This document shows, in pieces, positions 23,641 through 38,600 of a stretch of 64,000 bases of DNA. The notes beneath the pieces were generated by a model, which did no database searches, was not told the DNA's origin, and saw nothing but the letters and a program-made list of their open reading frames with translations. The stretch's first letter is position 1. Every line of letters starts with the position of its first letter. Location of the stretch: contig NW_027306095.1 of NCBI RefSeq assembly GCF_964355755.1, forward strand, positions 372,001-436,000, written 5' to 3'. This stretch comes from Antedon mediterranea (Eukaryota; Animalia; Echinodermata). A program made the translations under genes and the position numbers.

Positions 23641-26600
23641 TGTCGTTTTTGTGTGAAAAGTTTCATCGAAATGCTCAAAATGGTCTAAAACGTCTCCAAA
23701 TGCGATTTGAAGCAATTTTGTGCACTTTGATGTTTTTGTGTGAAAAGTTTCATCGAAATGCACAAAATGGTCTAAAACGTCTGCAAATGCGATTTGAAGT
23801 TATTTTGTGCACTTTGTCGTTTTTGTGTGAAAAGTTTTTTCGAAATGCACAAAATGGTCTAAAACGTCTCCAAATGCGATTTGAAGCTATTTTGTGCATT
23901 TTGATGTTTTGTGTAATCCAGTTTCATCGAAATGTACAAAATTGTCTAAAACGTCTCTAAATGCGATTTAAAGCTATTTTGTGCACTTTGTCGTTTTTGT
24001 GTGAAAAGTTTCATCGAAATGCACAAAATGGTCTAAAACGTCTGCAATTGCGATTTGAAGTTATTTTGTGCACTTTGATGTTTTGTGTGAAAAGTTTTAT
24101 CGAAATGCTCAAAATGGTCTAAAACGGTTTCAAATGTGATTTTAAGCCCTTTGATATTTTTGTGTAATCAAGTTTCATCGAAATGCACAAAATGGTCTAA
24201 AACGTCTGCAAATGCGATTTAAAGCTATTTTGTGCACTTTAATGTTTTGTGTGAAAAGTTTTATCGAAATTCTCAAAATGGTCTAAAACGGTTTCAAATG
24301 TGATTTTAAGCACTTTGATGTTTTTGTGTAATCAAGTTTCATCGAAATGCACAAAATGGTCTAAAACGTCTCCAAATGCGATTTGAAGCAATTTTGTGCA
24401 CTTTGATGTTTTGTGTAATCCAGTTTCATCGAAATGTACAAAATTGTCTAAAACGTCTCTAAATGCGATTTGAAGCTATTTTGTGCACTTTGTCGTTTTT
24501 GTGTGAAAAGTTTCATCGAAATGCACAAAATGGTCTAAAACGCCTCCAATTGCGATTTGAAGTTATTTTGTGCACTTTGATGTTTTGTGTGAAAAGTTTT
24601 ATCGAAATGCTCAAAATGGTCTAAAACGGTTTCAAATGTGATTTTAAGCACTTTGATATTTTTGTGTAATCAAGTTTCATCGAAATGCACAAAATGGTCT
24701 AAAACGTCTGCAAAATCGATTTAAAGCTATTTTGTGCACTTTAATGTTTTGTGTGAAAAGTTTTATCGAAATTCTCAAAATGGTCTAAAACGGTTTCAAA
24801 TGTGATTTTAAGCACTTTGATGTTTTTGTGTAATCAAGTTTCATCGAAATTCACTAAAAGGTCTAGAACCTCTGCAAATGCAATTTAAAGCTATTTTGTG
24901 CACTTTAATGTTTTCTGTGAAAAGTTTTATCGAAATTCTCAAAATGGTCTAAAACGGTTTCAAATGTGATTTTAAGCACTTTGATGTTTTTGTGTAATCA
25001 AGTTTTTTCGAAATGCACAACATGGTCTAAAACGTCTCCAAATGCGATTTGAAGCTATTTTGTGCACTTTGATGTTTTTGTGTGAAAAGTTTCAATGAAA
25101 TGCACAAAATGGTCTAAAACGTCTCTAAATGCGATTTGAAGCTATTTTGTGCACTTTGTCGTTTTTGTGTGAAAAGTTTCATCGAAATGCTCAAAATGGT
25201 CTAAAACGTCTCCAAATGCGATTTGAAGCTATTTTGTGCACTTTGATGTTTTTTTCTGAAAAGTTTCATCGAAATGCACAAAATGGTCTAAAACGTCTCT
25301 AAATGCGATTTGAAGCTGCACTTTGATGTTTTTGTGTGAAAAGTTTCATCGAAATGCACAAAATGGTCTAAAACGTCTCTAAATGCGATTTGAAGCTATT
25401 TTGTGCACTTTGATGTTTTTTTGTGAAAAGTTTCATCGAAATGCACAAAATGGTCTAAAACGTCTCTAAATGCGATTTGAAGCTATTTTGTGCACTTTGT
25501 CGTTTTTGTGTGAAAAGTTTCATCGAAATGCTCAAAATGGTCTAAAACGTCTCCAAATGCGATTTGAAGCAATTTTGTGCACTTTGATGTTTTTGTGTGA
25601 AAAGTTTCATCGAAATGCACAAAATGGTCTAAAACGTCTGCAAATGCGATTTGAAGCTATTTTGTGCACTTTGATGTTTTTTTGTGAAAAGTTTCATCGA
25701 AAGGCACAAAATTGTCTAAAACGTCTCTAAATGCGATTTGAAGCTATTTTGTGCACTTTGTCGTTTTTGTGTGAAAAGTTTCATCGAAATTCCCAAAATG
25801 GTCTAAAACATCTCCAAATGCGATTTGAAGCAATTTTGTGCACTTTGATGTTTTTGTGTGAAAAGTTTCATCGAAATGCACAAAATGGTCTAAAACGTCT
25901 GCAAATGCGATTTGAAGCTATTTTGTGCACTTTGTCGTTTTTGTGTGAAAAGTTTTTTCGAAATGCACAAAATGGTCTAAAACGTCTCCAAATGCGATTT
26001 GAAGCAATTTTGTGCACTTTGATGTTTTGTGTAATCCAGTTTCATCGAAATGTACAAAATGGTCTAAAACGTCTCTAAATGCGATTTGAAGCTATTTTGT
26101 GCACTTTGTCGTTTTTGTGTGAAAAGTTTTTTCGAAATGCACAAAATGGTCTAAAACGTCTCCAAATGCGATTTGAAGCAATTTTGTGCACTTTGATGTT
26201 TTGTGTAATCCAGTTTCATCGAAATGTACAAAATTGTCTAAAACGTCTCTAAATGCGATTTGAAGCTATTTTGTGCACTTTGTCGTTTTTGTGTGAAAAG
26301 TTTTTTCGAAATGCACAAAATGGTCTAAAACGTCTCCAAATGCGATTTGAAGCAATTTTGTGCACTTTGATGTTTTGTGTAATCCAGTTTCATCGAAATG
26401 TACAAAATTGTCTAAATCGTCTCTAAATGCGATTTGAAGCTATTTTGTGCACTTTGTCGTTTTTGTGTGAAAAGTTTTATCGAAATGCTCAAAATGGTCT
26501 AAAACGGTTTCAAATGTGATTTTAAGCACTTTGATATTTTTGTGTAATCAAGTTTCATCGAAATGCACAAAATGGTCTAAAACGTCTCCAAATGCGATTT

Positions 26601-29600
26601 GAAGCAATTTTGTGCACTTTGATGTTTTTGTGTGAAAAGTTTCATCGAAATGCACAAAATGGTCTAAAACGTCTGCAAATGCGATTTGAAGCTATTTTGT
26701 GCACTTTGATGTTTTTTTGTGAAAAGTTTCATCGAAAGGCACAAAATTGTCTAAAACGTCTCTAAATGCGATTTGAAGCTATTTTGTGCACTTTGTCGTT
26801 TTTGTGTGAAAAGTTTCATCGAAATTCCCAAAATGGTCTAAAACATCTCCAAATGCGATTTGAAGCAATTTTGTGCACTTTGATGTTTTTGTGTGAAAAG
26901 TTTCATCGAAATGCACAAAATGGTCTAAAACGTCTGCAAATGCGATTTGAAGCTATTTTGTGCACTTTGTCGTTTTTGTGTGAAAAGTTTTTTCGAAATG
27001 CACAAAATGGTCTAAAACGTCTCCAAATGCGATTTGAAGCTATTTTGTGCACTTTGTCGTTTTTGTGTGAAAAGTTTTTTCGAAATGCACAAAATGGTCT
27101 AAAACGTCTCCAAATGCGATTTGAAGCAATTTTGTGCACTTTGATGTTTTGTGTAATCCAGTTTCATCGAAATGTACAAAATTGTCTAAAACGTCTCTAA
27201 ATGCGATTTGAAGCTATTTTGTGCACTTTGTCGTTTTTGTGTGAAAAGTTTTATCGAAATGCTCAAAATGGTCTAAAACGGTTTCAAATGTGATTTTAAG
27301 CACTTTGATATTTTTGTGTAATCAAGTTTCATCGAAATGCACAAAATGGTCTAAAACGTCTGCAAATGCGATTTAAAGCTATTTTGTGCACTTTAATGTT
27401 TTGTTTGAAAAGTTTTATCGAAATTCTCAAAATGGTCTAAAACGGTTTCAAATGTGATTTTAAGCAGTTTGATGTTTTTGTGTAATCAAGTTTCATCGAA
27501 ATGCACAAAATGGTTTAAAACGTCTGCAAATGCGATTTGAAGCTATTTTGTGCACTTTGATGTTTTTGTGTGAAAAGTTTCATCGAAATGCACAAAATTG
27601 TCTAAAACGTCTCCAAATACGATATTAAGCTATTTTGTGCACTTTGATGTTTTTGTGTGAAAAGTTTCATCGAAATGCACAAAATGGTCTAAAACGTCTG
27701 CAAATGCGATTTGAAGCTATTTTGTGCACTTTGTCGTTTTTGTGTAAAAAGTTTCATCGAAATGCTCAAAATGGTCTAAAACGTCTCCAAATGCGATTTG
27801 AAGCAATTTTGTGCACTTTGATGTTTTTGTGTGAAAAGTTTCATCGAAATGCACAAAATGGTCTCTAAAACGTCTGCAAATGCGATTTGAAGCTATTTTG
27901 TGCACTTTGTCGTTTTTGTGTGAAAAGTTTTTTCGAAATGCACAAAATGGTCTAAAACGTCTCCAAATGCGATTTGAAGCAATTTTGTGCACTTTGATGT
28001 TTTGTGTAATCCAGTTTCATCGAAATGTACAAAATTGTCTAAAACGTCTCTAAATGCGATTTGAAGCTATTTTGTGCACTTTGTCGTTTTTGTGTGAAAA
28101 GTTTTTTCGAAATGCACAAAATGGTCTAAAACGTCTCCAATTGCGATTTGAAGTTATTTTGTGCACTTTGATGTTTTGTGTGAAAAGTTTTATCGAAATG
28201 CTCAAAATGGTCTAAAACGGTTTCAAATGTGATTTTAAGCACTTTGATATTTTTGTATAATCAAGTTAAATCGAAATGCACAAAATGGTCTAAAACGTCT
28301 GCAAATGCGATTTAAAGCTATTTTGTGCACTTTAATGTTTTGTGTGAAAAGTTTTATCGAAATTCTCAAAATGGTCTAAAACGGTTTCAAATGTGATTTT
28401 AAGCACTTTGATGTTTTTGTGTAATCAAGTTTCATCGAAATGCACTAAATGGTTTAAAACGTCTGCAAATGCGATTTGAAGCTATTTTGTGCACTTTGAT
28501 GTTTTTGTGTGAAAAGTTTCATCGAAATGCACAAAATTGTCTAAAACGTCTCCAAATACGATATTAAGCTATTGTATGCACTTTGATGTTTTTGAGTGAA
28601 AAGTTTTTTCGAAATGCACAAAATGGTCTAAAACGTCTCCAAATGCGATTTGGAGCTCTTTTGTGCACTTTGATGTTTTGTGTAAAAAGTTTGCTATTTT
28701 GTGCACTTTAATGTTTTGTGTGAAAAGTTTTATCGAAATGCTCAAAATTGTCTAAAACGGTTTCAAATGTGATTTTAAGCACTTTGATATTTTTGTGTAA
28801 TCAAGTTTTTTCGAAATGCACAACATGGTCTAAAACGTCTCCAAATGCGATTTGAAGCTATTTTGTGCACTTTGATGTTTTTGTGTGAAAAGTTTATTCG
28901 AAATGCACAAAATGGTCTAAAACGTCTCCAACTGCGATTTGAAGTTATTTTGTGCACTTTGATGTTTTGTGTGAAAAGTTTTATCGAAATGCTCAAAATG
29001 GTCTAAAACGGTTTCAAATGTGATTTTAAGCACTTTGATATTTTTGTGTAATCAAGTTTCATCGAAATGCTCAAAATGGTCTAAAACGTCTCCAAATGCG
29101 ATTTGAAGCTATTTTGTGCACTTTGATGTTTTTTTTTGAAAAGTTTCATCGAAATGCACAAAATGGTCTAAAACGTCTCTAAATGCGATTTGAAGCTATT
29201 TTGTGCACTTTGATGTTTTTGTGTGAAAAGTTTCATCGAAATGCACAAAATGGTCTAAAACGTCTCTAAATGCGATTTGAAGCTATTTTGTGCACTTTGA
29301 TGTTTTTTTGTGAAAAGTTTCATCGAAATGCACAAAATGGTCTAAAACGTCTCTAAATGCGATTTGAAGCTATTTTGTGCACTTTGATGTTTTTTTGTGA
29401 AAAGTTTCATCGAAATGCACAAAATTGTCTAAAACGTCTCTAAATGCGATTTGAAGCTATTTTGTGCACTTTGTCGTTTTTGTGTGAAAAGTTTCATCGA
29501 AATGCACAAAATGGTCTAAAACGTCTGCAAATGCGAATTGAAGCTATTTTGTGCACTTTGTCGTTTTTGTGTGAAAAGTTTTTTCGAAATGCACAAAATG

Positions 29601-32600
29601 GTCTAAAACGTCTCCAATTGCGATTTGAAGTTATTTTGTGCACTTTGATGTTTTGTGTGAAAAGTTTTATCGAAATGCTCAAAATGGTCTAAAACGGTTT
29701 CAAATGTGATTTTAAGCACTTTGATATTTTTGTGTAATCAAGTTTCATCGAAATGCACAAAATGGTCTAAAACGTCTGCAAATGCGATTTAAAGCTATTT
29801 TGTGCACTTTAATGTTTTGTGTGAAAAGTTTTATCGAAATTCTCAAAATGGTCTAAAACGGTTTCAAATGTGATTTTAAGCACTTTGATGTTTTTGTGTA
29901 ATCAAGTTTCATCGAAAATCACTAAAAGGTCTAGAACCTCTGCAAATGCAATTTAAAGCTATTTTGTGCACTTTAATGTTTTCTGTGAAAAGTTTTATCG
30001 AAATTCTCAAAATGGTCTAAAACGGTTTCAAATGTGATTTTAAGCACTTTGATGTTTTTGTGTAATCAAGTTTTTTCGAAATGCACAACATGGTCTAAAA
30101 CGTCTCCAAATGCGATTTGAAGCTATTTTGTGCACTTTGATGTTTTTGTGTGAAAAGTTTCAATGAAATGCACAAAATGGTCTAAAACGTCTCTAAATGC
30201 GATTTGAAGCTATTTTGTGCACTTTGTCGTTTTTGTGTGAAAAGTTTCATCGAAATGCTCATAATGGTCTAAAACGTCTCCAAATGCGATTTGAAGCTAT
30301 TTTGTGCACTTTGATGTTTTTTTCTGAAAAGTTTCATCGAAATGCACAAAATGGTCTAAAACGTCTCCAAATGCGATTTGAAGCTATTTTGTGCACTTTG
30401 ATGTTTTTTTGTGAAAAGTTTCATCGAAATGCACAAAATGGTCTAAAACGTCTCTAAATGCGATTTGAAGCTATTTTGTGCACTTTGATGTTTTTGTGTG
30501 AAAAGTTTCATCGAAATGCACAAAATGGTCTAAAACGTCTCTAAATGCGATTTGAAGCTATTTTGTGCACTTTGATGTTTTTTTGTGAAAAGTTTCATCG
30601 AAATGCACAAAATGGTCTAAAACGTCTCTAAATGCGATTTGAAGCTATTTTGTGCACTTTGATGTTTTTTTGTGAAAAGTTTCATCGAAATGCACAAAAT
30701 TGTCTAAAACGTCTCTAAATGCGATTTGAAGCTATTTTGTGCACTTTGTCGTTTTTGTGTGAAAAGTTTCATCGAAATGCTCAAAATGGTCTAAAACGTC
30801 TCCAAATGCGATTTGAAGCAATTTTGTGCACTTTGATGTTTTTGTGTGAAAAGTTTCATCGAAATGCACAAAATGGTCTAAAACGTCTGCAAATGCGATT
30901 TGAAGCTATTTTGTGCACTTTGTCGTTTTTGTGTGAAAAGTTTTTTCGAAATGCACAAAATGGTCTAAAACGTCTCCAATTGCGATTTGAAGTTATTTTG
31001 TGCACTTTGATGTTTTGTGTGAAAAGTTTTATCGAAATGCTCAAAATGGTCTAAAACGGTTTCAAATGTGATTTTAAGCACTTTGATATTTTTGTGTAAT
31101 CAAGTTTCATCGAAATGCACAAAATGGTCTAAAACGTCTGCAAATGCGATTTAAAGCTATTTTGTGCACTTTAATATTTTGTGTGAAAAGTTTTATCGAA
31201 ATTCTCAAAATGGTCTAAAACGGTTTCAAATGTGATTTTAAGCACTTTGATGTTTTTGTGTAATCAAGTTTCATCGAAATGCACAAAATGGTTTAAAACG
31301 TCTGCAAATGCGATTTGAAGCTATTTTGTGCACTTTGATGTTTTTGTGTGAAAAGTTTCCTCGAAATGCACAAAATTGTCTAAAACGTCTCCAAATACGA
31401 TATTAAGCTATTTTGTGCACTTTGATGTTTTTGTGTGAAAAGTTTCATCGAAATGCACAAAATGGTCTAAAACGTCTGCAAATGCGATTTGAAGCTATTT
31501 TGTGCACTTTGTCGTTTTTGTGTGAAAAGTTTCATCGAAATGCTCAAAATGGTCTAAAACGTCTCCAAATGCGATTTGAAGCAATTTTGTGCACTTTGAT
31601 GTTTTTGTGTGAAAAGTTTCATCGAAATGCACAAAATGGTCTCTAAAACGTCTGCAAATGCGATTTGAAGCTATTTTGTGCACTTTGTCGTTTTTGTGTG
31701 AAAAGTTTTTTCGAAATGCACAAAATGGTCTAAAACGTCTCCAAATGCGATTTGAAGCAATTTTGTGCACTTTGATGTTTTGTGTAATCCAGTTTCATCG
31801 AAATGTACAAAATTGTCTAAAACGTCTCTAAATGCGATTTGAAGCTATTTTGTGCACTTTGTCGTTTTTGTGTGAAAAGTTTTTTCGAAATGCACAAAAT
31901 GGTCTAAAACGTCTCCAATTGCGATTTGAAGTTATTTTGTGCACTTTGATGTTTTGTGTGAAAAGTTTTATCGAAATGCTCAAAATGGTCTAAAACGGTT
32001 TCAAATGTGATTTTAAGCACTTTGATATTTTTGTATAATCAAGTTAAATCGAAATGCACAAAATGGTCTAAAACGTCTGCAAATGCGATTTAAAGCTATT
32101 TTGTGCACTTTAATGTTTTGTGTGAAAAGTTTTATCGAAATTCTCAAAATGGTCTAAAACGGTTTCAAATGTGATTTTAAGCACTTTGATGTTTTTGTGT
32201 AATCAAGTTTCATCGAAAAGCACAAAATGGTTTAAAACATCTGCAAATGCGATTTGAAGCTATTTTGTGCACTTTGATGTTTTTGTGTGAAAAGTTTCAT
32301 CGAAATGCACAAAATTGTCTAAAACGTTTCCAAATACGATATTAAGCTATTGTATGCACTTTGATATTTTTGAGTGAAAAGTTTCATCGAAATGCACAAA
32401 ATGGTCTAAAACGTCTCTAAATGCGATTTGAAGCTATTTTGTGCACTTTGATGTTTTTGTGTGAAAAGTTTCATCGAAATGCACAAAATGGTCTAAAACG
32501 TCTCTAAATGCGATTTGAAGCTATTTTGTGCACTTTGATGTTTTTTTGTGAAAAGTTTCATCGAAATGCACAAAATGGTCTAAAACGTCTCTAAATGCGA

Positions 32601-35600
32601 TTTGAAGCTATTTTGTGCACTTTGTCGTTTTTGTGTGAAAAGTTTCATCGAAATGCTCAAAATGGTCTAAAACGTCTCCAAATGCGATTTGAAGCAATTT
32701 TGTGCACTTTGATGTTTTTGTGTGAAAAGTTTCATCGAAATGCACAAAATGGTCTAAAACGTCTGCAAATGCGATTTGAAGCTATTTTGTGAACTTTGAT
32801 GTTTTTTTGTGAAAAGTTTCATCGAAATGCACAAAATTGTCTAAAACGTCTCTAAATGCGATTTGAAGCTATTTTGTGCACTTTGATGTTTTTTTGTGAA
32901 AAGTTTCATCGAAATGTACAAAATTGTCTAAAACGTCTCTAAATGCGATTTGAAGCTATTTTGTGCACTTTGTCGTTTTTGTGTGAAAAGTTTCATCGAA
33001 ATGCTCAAAATGGTCTAAAACGTTTCCAAATGCGATTTGAAGCAATTTTGTGCACTTTGATGTTTTTGTGTGAAAAGTTTCATCGAAATGCACAAAATGG
33101 TCTAAAACGTCTGCAAATGCGATTTGAAGCTATTTTGTGCACTTTGTCGTTTTTGTGTGAAAAGTTTTTTCGAAATGCACAAAATGGTCTAAAACGTCTC
33201 CAAATGCGATTTGAAGCAATTTTGTGCACTTTGATTTTTTGTGTAATCCAGTTTCATCGAAATGTACAAAATTGTCAAAAACGTCTCTAAATGCGATTTG
33301 AAGCTATTTTGTGCACTTTGTCGTTTTTGTGTGAAAAGTTTTTTCGAATTGCACAAAATGGTCTAAAACGTCTCCAATTGCGATTTGAAGTTATTTTGTG
33401 CACTTTGATGTTTTGTGTGAAAAGTTTTATCGAAATGCTCAAAATGGTCTAAAACGGTTTCAAATGTGATTTTAAGCACTTTGATATTTTTGTATAATCA
33501 AGTTAAATCGAAATAGACAATATGGTCTAAAACGTCTGCAAATGCGATTTAAAGCTATTTTGTGCACTTTAATGTTTTGTGTGAAAAGTTTTATCGAAAT
33601 TCTCAAAATGGTCTAAAACGGTTTCAAATGTGATTTTAAGCACTTTGATGTTTTTGTGTAATCAAGTTTCATCGGAAAGCACAAAATGGTTTAAAACGTC
33701 TGCAAACGCGATTTGAAGCTATTTTGTGCACTTTGATGTTTTTGTGTGAAAAGTTTCATCGAAATGCACAAAATTGTCTAAAACGTTTCCAAATACGATA
33801 TATTGTATGCACTTTGATGTTTTTGAGTGAAAAGTTTTTTCGAAATGCACAAAATGGTCTAAAACGTCTCCAAATGCGATTTGAAGCTATTTTGTGCACT
33901 TTGATGTTTTTTTCTGAAAAGTTTCATCGAAATGCACAAAATGGTCTAAAACGTCTCTAAATGCGATTTGAAGCTATTTTGTGCACTTTGATGTTTTTGT
34001 GTGAAAAGTTTCATCGAAATGCACAAAATGGTCTAAAACGTCTCTAAATGCGATTTGAAGTTATTTTGTGCACTTTGATGATTTGTGTGAAAAGTTTTAT
34101 CGAAATGCTCAAAATGGTCTAAAACGGTTTCAAATGTGATTTTAAGCACTTTGATATTTTTGTGTAATCAAGTTTCATCGAAATGCACAAAATGGTCTAA
34201 AACGTCTCCAAATGCGTTTTGAAGCTATTTTGTGCACTTTAATGTTTTGTGTGAAAAGTTTTATCGAAATTCTCAAAATGGTCTAAAACGGTTTCAAATG
34301 TGATTTTAAGCACTTTGATGTTTTTGTGTAATCAAGTTTCATCGAAATGCACAAAATGGTTTAAAACGTCTGCAAATGCGATTTGAAGCTATTTTGTGCA
34401 CTTTGATGTTTTTGTGTGAAAAGTTTCATCGAAATGCACAAAATTGTCTAAAACGTTTCAAAATACGATATTAAGCTATTGTATGCACTTTGATGTTTTT
34501 GAGTGAAAAGTTTTTTCTAAATGCACAAAATGGTCTAAAACGTCTCCAAATGCGATTTGGAGCTCTTTTGTGCACTTTGATGTTTTGTGTAAAAAGTTTG
34601 CTATTTTGTGCACTTTAATGTTTTGTGTGAAAAGTTTTATCGAAATGCTCAAAATTGTCTAAAACGGTTTCAAATGTGATTTTAAGCACTTTGATATTTT
34701 TGTGTAATCAAGTTTTTTCGAAATGCACAACATGGTCTAAAACGTCTCCAAATGCGATTTGAAGCTATTTTGTGCACTTTGATGTTTTTGTGTGAAAAGT
34801 TTCATCGAAATGCAAAAAATGGTCTAAAACGTCTCTAAATGCGATTTAAAGCTATTTTGTGCACTTTGTCGTTTTTGTGTGAAAAGTTTCATCGAAATGC
34901 TCAAAATGGTCTAAAACGTCTCCAAATGCGATTTGAAGCTATTTTGTGCACTTTGATGTTTTTGTGTGAAAAGTTTCATTGAAATGCACAAAATGGTCTA
35001 AAACGTCTGCAAATGCGATTTGAAGCTATTTTGTGAACTTTGATGTTTTTTTGTGAAAAGTTTCATCGAAATGCACAAAATGGTCTAAAACGGTTTCAAA
35101 TGTGATTTTAAGCACTTTGATGTTTTTGTGTAATCAAGTTTCATCGAAAAGCACAAAATGGTTTAAAACATCTGCAAATGCGATTTGAAGCTATTTTGTG
35201 CACTTTGATGTTTTTGTGTGAAAAGTTTCATCGAAATGCACAAAATTGTCTAAAACGTTTCCAAATACGATATTAAGCTATTGTATGCACTTTGATATTT
35301 TTGAGTGAAAAGTTTCATCGAAATGCACAAAATGGTCTAAAACGTCTCTAAATGCGATTTGAAGCTATTTTGTGCACTTTGATGTTTTTGTGTGAAAAGT
35401 TTCATCGAAATGCACAAAATGGTCTAAAACGTCTCTAAATGCGATTTGAAGCTATTTTGTGCACTTTGATGTTTTTTTGTGAAAAGTTTCATCGAAATGC
35501 ACAAAATGGTCTAAAACGTCTCTAAATGCGATTTGAAGCTATTTTGTGCACTTTGTCGTTTTTGTGTGAAAAGTTTCATCGAAATGCTCAAAATGGTCTA

Positions 35601-38600
35601 AAACGTCTCCAAATGCGATTTGAAGCAATTTTGTGCACTTTGATGTTTTTGTGTGAAAAGTTTCATTGAAATGCACAAAATGGTCTAAAACGTCTGCAAA
35701 TGCGATTTGAAGCTATTTTGTGAACTTTGATGTTTTTTTGTGAAAAGTTTCATCGAAATGCACAAAATTGTCTAAAACGTCTCTAAATGCGATTTGAAGC
35801 TATTTTGTGCACTTTGATGTTTTTTTGTGAAAAGTTTCATCGAAATGTACAAAATTGTCTAAAACGTCTCTAAATGCGATTTGAAGCTATTTTGTGCACT
35901 TTGTCGTTTTTGTGTGAAAAGTTTCATCGAAATGCTCAAAATGGTCTAAAACGTTTCCAAATGCGATTTGAAGCAATTTTGTGCACTTTGATGTTTTTGT
36001 GTGAAAAGTTTCATCGAAATGCACAAAATGGTCTAAAACGTCTGCAAATGCGATTTGAAGCTATTTTGTGCACTTTGTCGTTTTTGTGTGAAAAGTTTTT
36101 TCGAAATGCACAAAATGGTCTAAAACGTCTCCAAATGCGATTTGAAGCAATTTTGTGCACTTTGATTTTTTGTGTAATCCAGTTTCATCGAAATGTACAA
36201 AATTGTCAAAAACGTCTCTAAATGCGATTTGAAGCTATTTTGTGCACTTTGTCGTTTTTGTGTGAAAAGTTTTTTCGAATTGCACAAAATGGTCTAAAAC
36301 GTCTCCAATTGCGATTTGAAGTTATTTTGTGCACTTTGATGTTTTGTGTGAAAAGTTTTATCGAAATGCTCAAAATGGTCTAAAACGGTTTCAAATGTGA
36401 TTTTAAGCACTTTGATATTTTTGTATAATCAAGTTAAATCGAAATAGACAATATGGTCTAAAACGTCTGCAAATGCGATTTAAAGCTATTTTGTGCACTT
36501 TAATGTTTTGTGTGAAAAGTTTTATCGAAATTCTCAAAATGGTCTAAAACGGTTTCAAATGTGATTTTAAGCACTTTGATGTTTTTGTGTAATCAAGTTT
36601 CATCGAAAAGCACAAAATGGTTTAAAACGTCTGCAAACGCGATTTGAAGCTATTTTGTGCACTTTGATGTTTTTGTGTGAAAAGTTTCATCGAAATGCAC
36701 AAAATTGTCTAAAACGTTTCCAAATACGATATATTGTATGCACTTTGATGTTTTTGAGTGAAAAGTTTTTTCGAAATGCACAAAATGGTCTAAAACGTCT
36801 CCAAATGCGATTTGAAGCTATTTTGTGCACTTTGATGTTTTTTTCTGAAAAGTTTCATCGAAATGCACAAAATGGTCTAAAACGTCTCTAAATGCGATTT
36901 GAAGCTATTTTGTGCACTTTGATGTTTTTGTGTGAAAAGTTTCATCGAAATGCACAAAATGGTCTAAAACGTCTCTAAATGCGATTTGAAGTTATTTTGT
37001 GCACTTTGATGATTTGTGTGAAAAGTTTTATCGAAATGCTCAAAATGGTCAAAAACGGTTTCAAATGTGATTTTAAGCACTTTGATATTTTTGTGTAATC
37101 AAGTTTCATCGAAATGCACAAAATGGTCTAAAACGTCTCCAAATGCGATTTGAAGCTATTTTGTGCACTTTAATGTTTTGTGTGAAAAGTTTTATCGAAA
37201 TTCTCAAAATGGTCTAAAACGGTTTCAAATGTGATTTTAAGCACTTTGATGTTTTTGTGTAATCAAGTTTCATCGAAATGCACAAAATGGTTTAAAACGT
37301 CTGCAAATGCGATTTGAAGCTATTTTGTGCACTTTGATGTTTTTGTGTGAAAAGTTTCATCGAAATGCACAAAATTGTCTAAAACGTTTCAAAATACGAT
37401 ATTAAGCTATTGTATGCACTTTGATGTTTTTGAGTGAAAAGTTTTTTCTAAATGCACAAAATGGTCTAAAACGTCTCCAAATGCGATTTGGAGCTCTTTT
37501 GTGCACTTTGATGTTTTGTGTAAAAAGTTTGCTATTTTGTGCACTTTAATGTTTTGTGTGAAAAGTTTTATCGAAATGCTCAAAATTGTCTAAAACGGTT
37601 TCAAATGTGATTTTAAGCACTTTGATATTTTTGTGTAATCAAGTTTTTTCGAAATGCACAACATGGTCTAAAACGTCTCCAAATGCGATTTGAAGCTATT
37701 TTGTGCACTTTGATGTTTTTGTGTGAAAAGTTTCATCGAAATGCACAAAATGGTCTAAAACGTCTCTAAATGCGATTTAAAGCTATTTTGTGCACTTTGT
37801 CGTTTTTGTGTGAAAAGTTTCATCGAAATGCTCAAAATGGTCTAAAACGTCTCCAAATGCGATTTGAAGCTATTTTGTGCACTTTGTCGTTTTTGTGTGA
37901 AAAGTTTCATCGAAATGCTCAAAATGGTCTAAAACGTCTCTAAATGCGATTTGAAGCTATTTTGTGCACTTTGATGTTTTTTTGTGAAAAGTTTCATCGA
38001 AATGCACAAAATGGTCTAAAACGTCTCTAAATGCGATTTGAAGCTATTTTGTGCACTTTGATGTTTTTGTGTGAAAAGTTTCATCGAAATGCACAAAATG
38101 GTCTAAAACGTCTCTAAATGCGATTTGAAGCTATTTTGTGCACTTTGATGTTTTTTTGTGAAAAGTTTCTTCGAAATGCACAAAATGGTCTAAAACGTCT
38201 CTAAATGCGATTTGAAGCTATTTTGTGCACTTTGTCGTTTTTGTGTGAAAAGTTTCATCGAAATGCTCAAAATGGTCTAAAACGTCTCCAAATGCGATTT
38301 GAAGCAATTTTGTGCACTTTGATGTTTTTGTGTGAAAAGTTTCATCGAAATGCACAAAATGGTCTAAAACGTCTGCAAATGCGATTTGAAGCTATTTTGT
38401 GCACTTTGATGTTTTGTGTAATCCAGTTTCATCGAAATGTACAAAATTGTCTAAAACGTCTCTAAATGCGATTTGAAGCTATTTTGTGCACTTTGTCGTT
38501 TTTGTGTGAAAAGTTTTTTCGAAATGCACAAAATGGTCTAAAACGTCTCTAAATGCGATTTGAAGCTATTTTGTGCACTTTGTCGTTTTTGTGTGAAAAG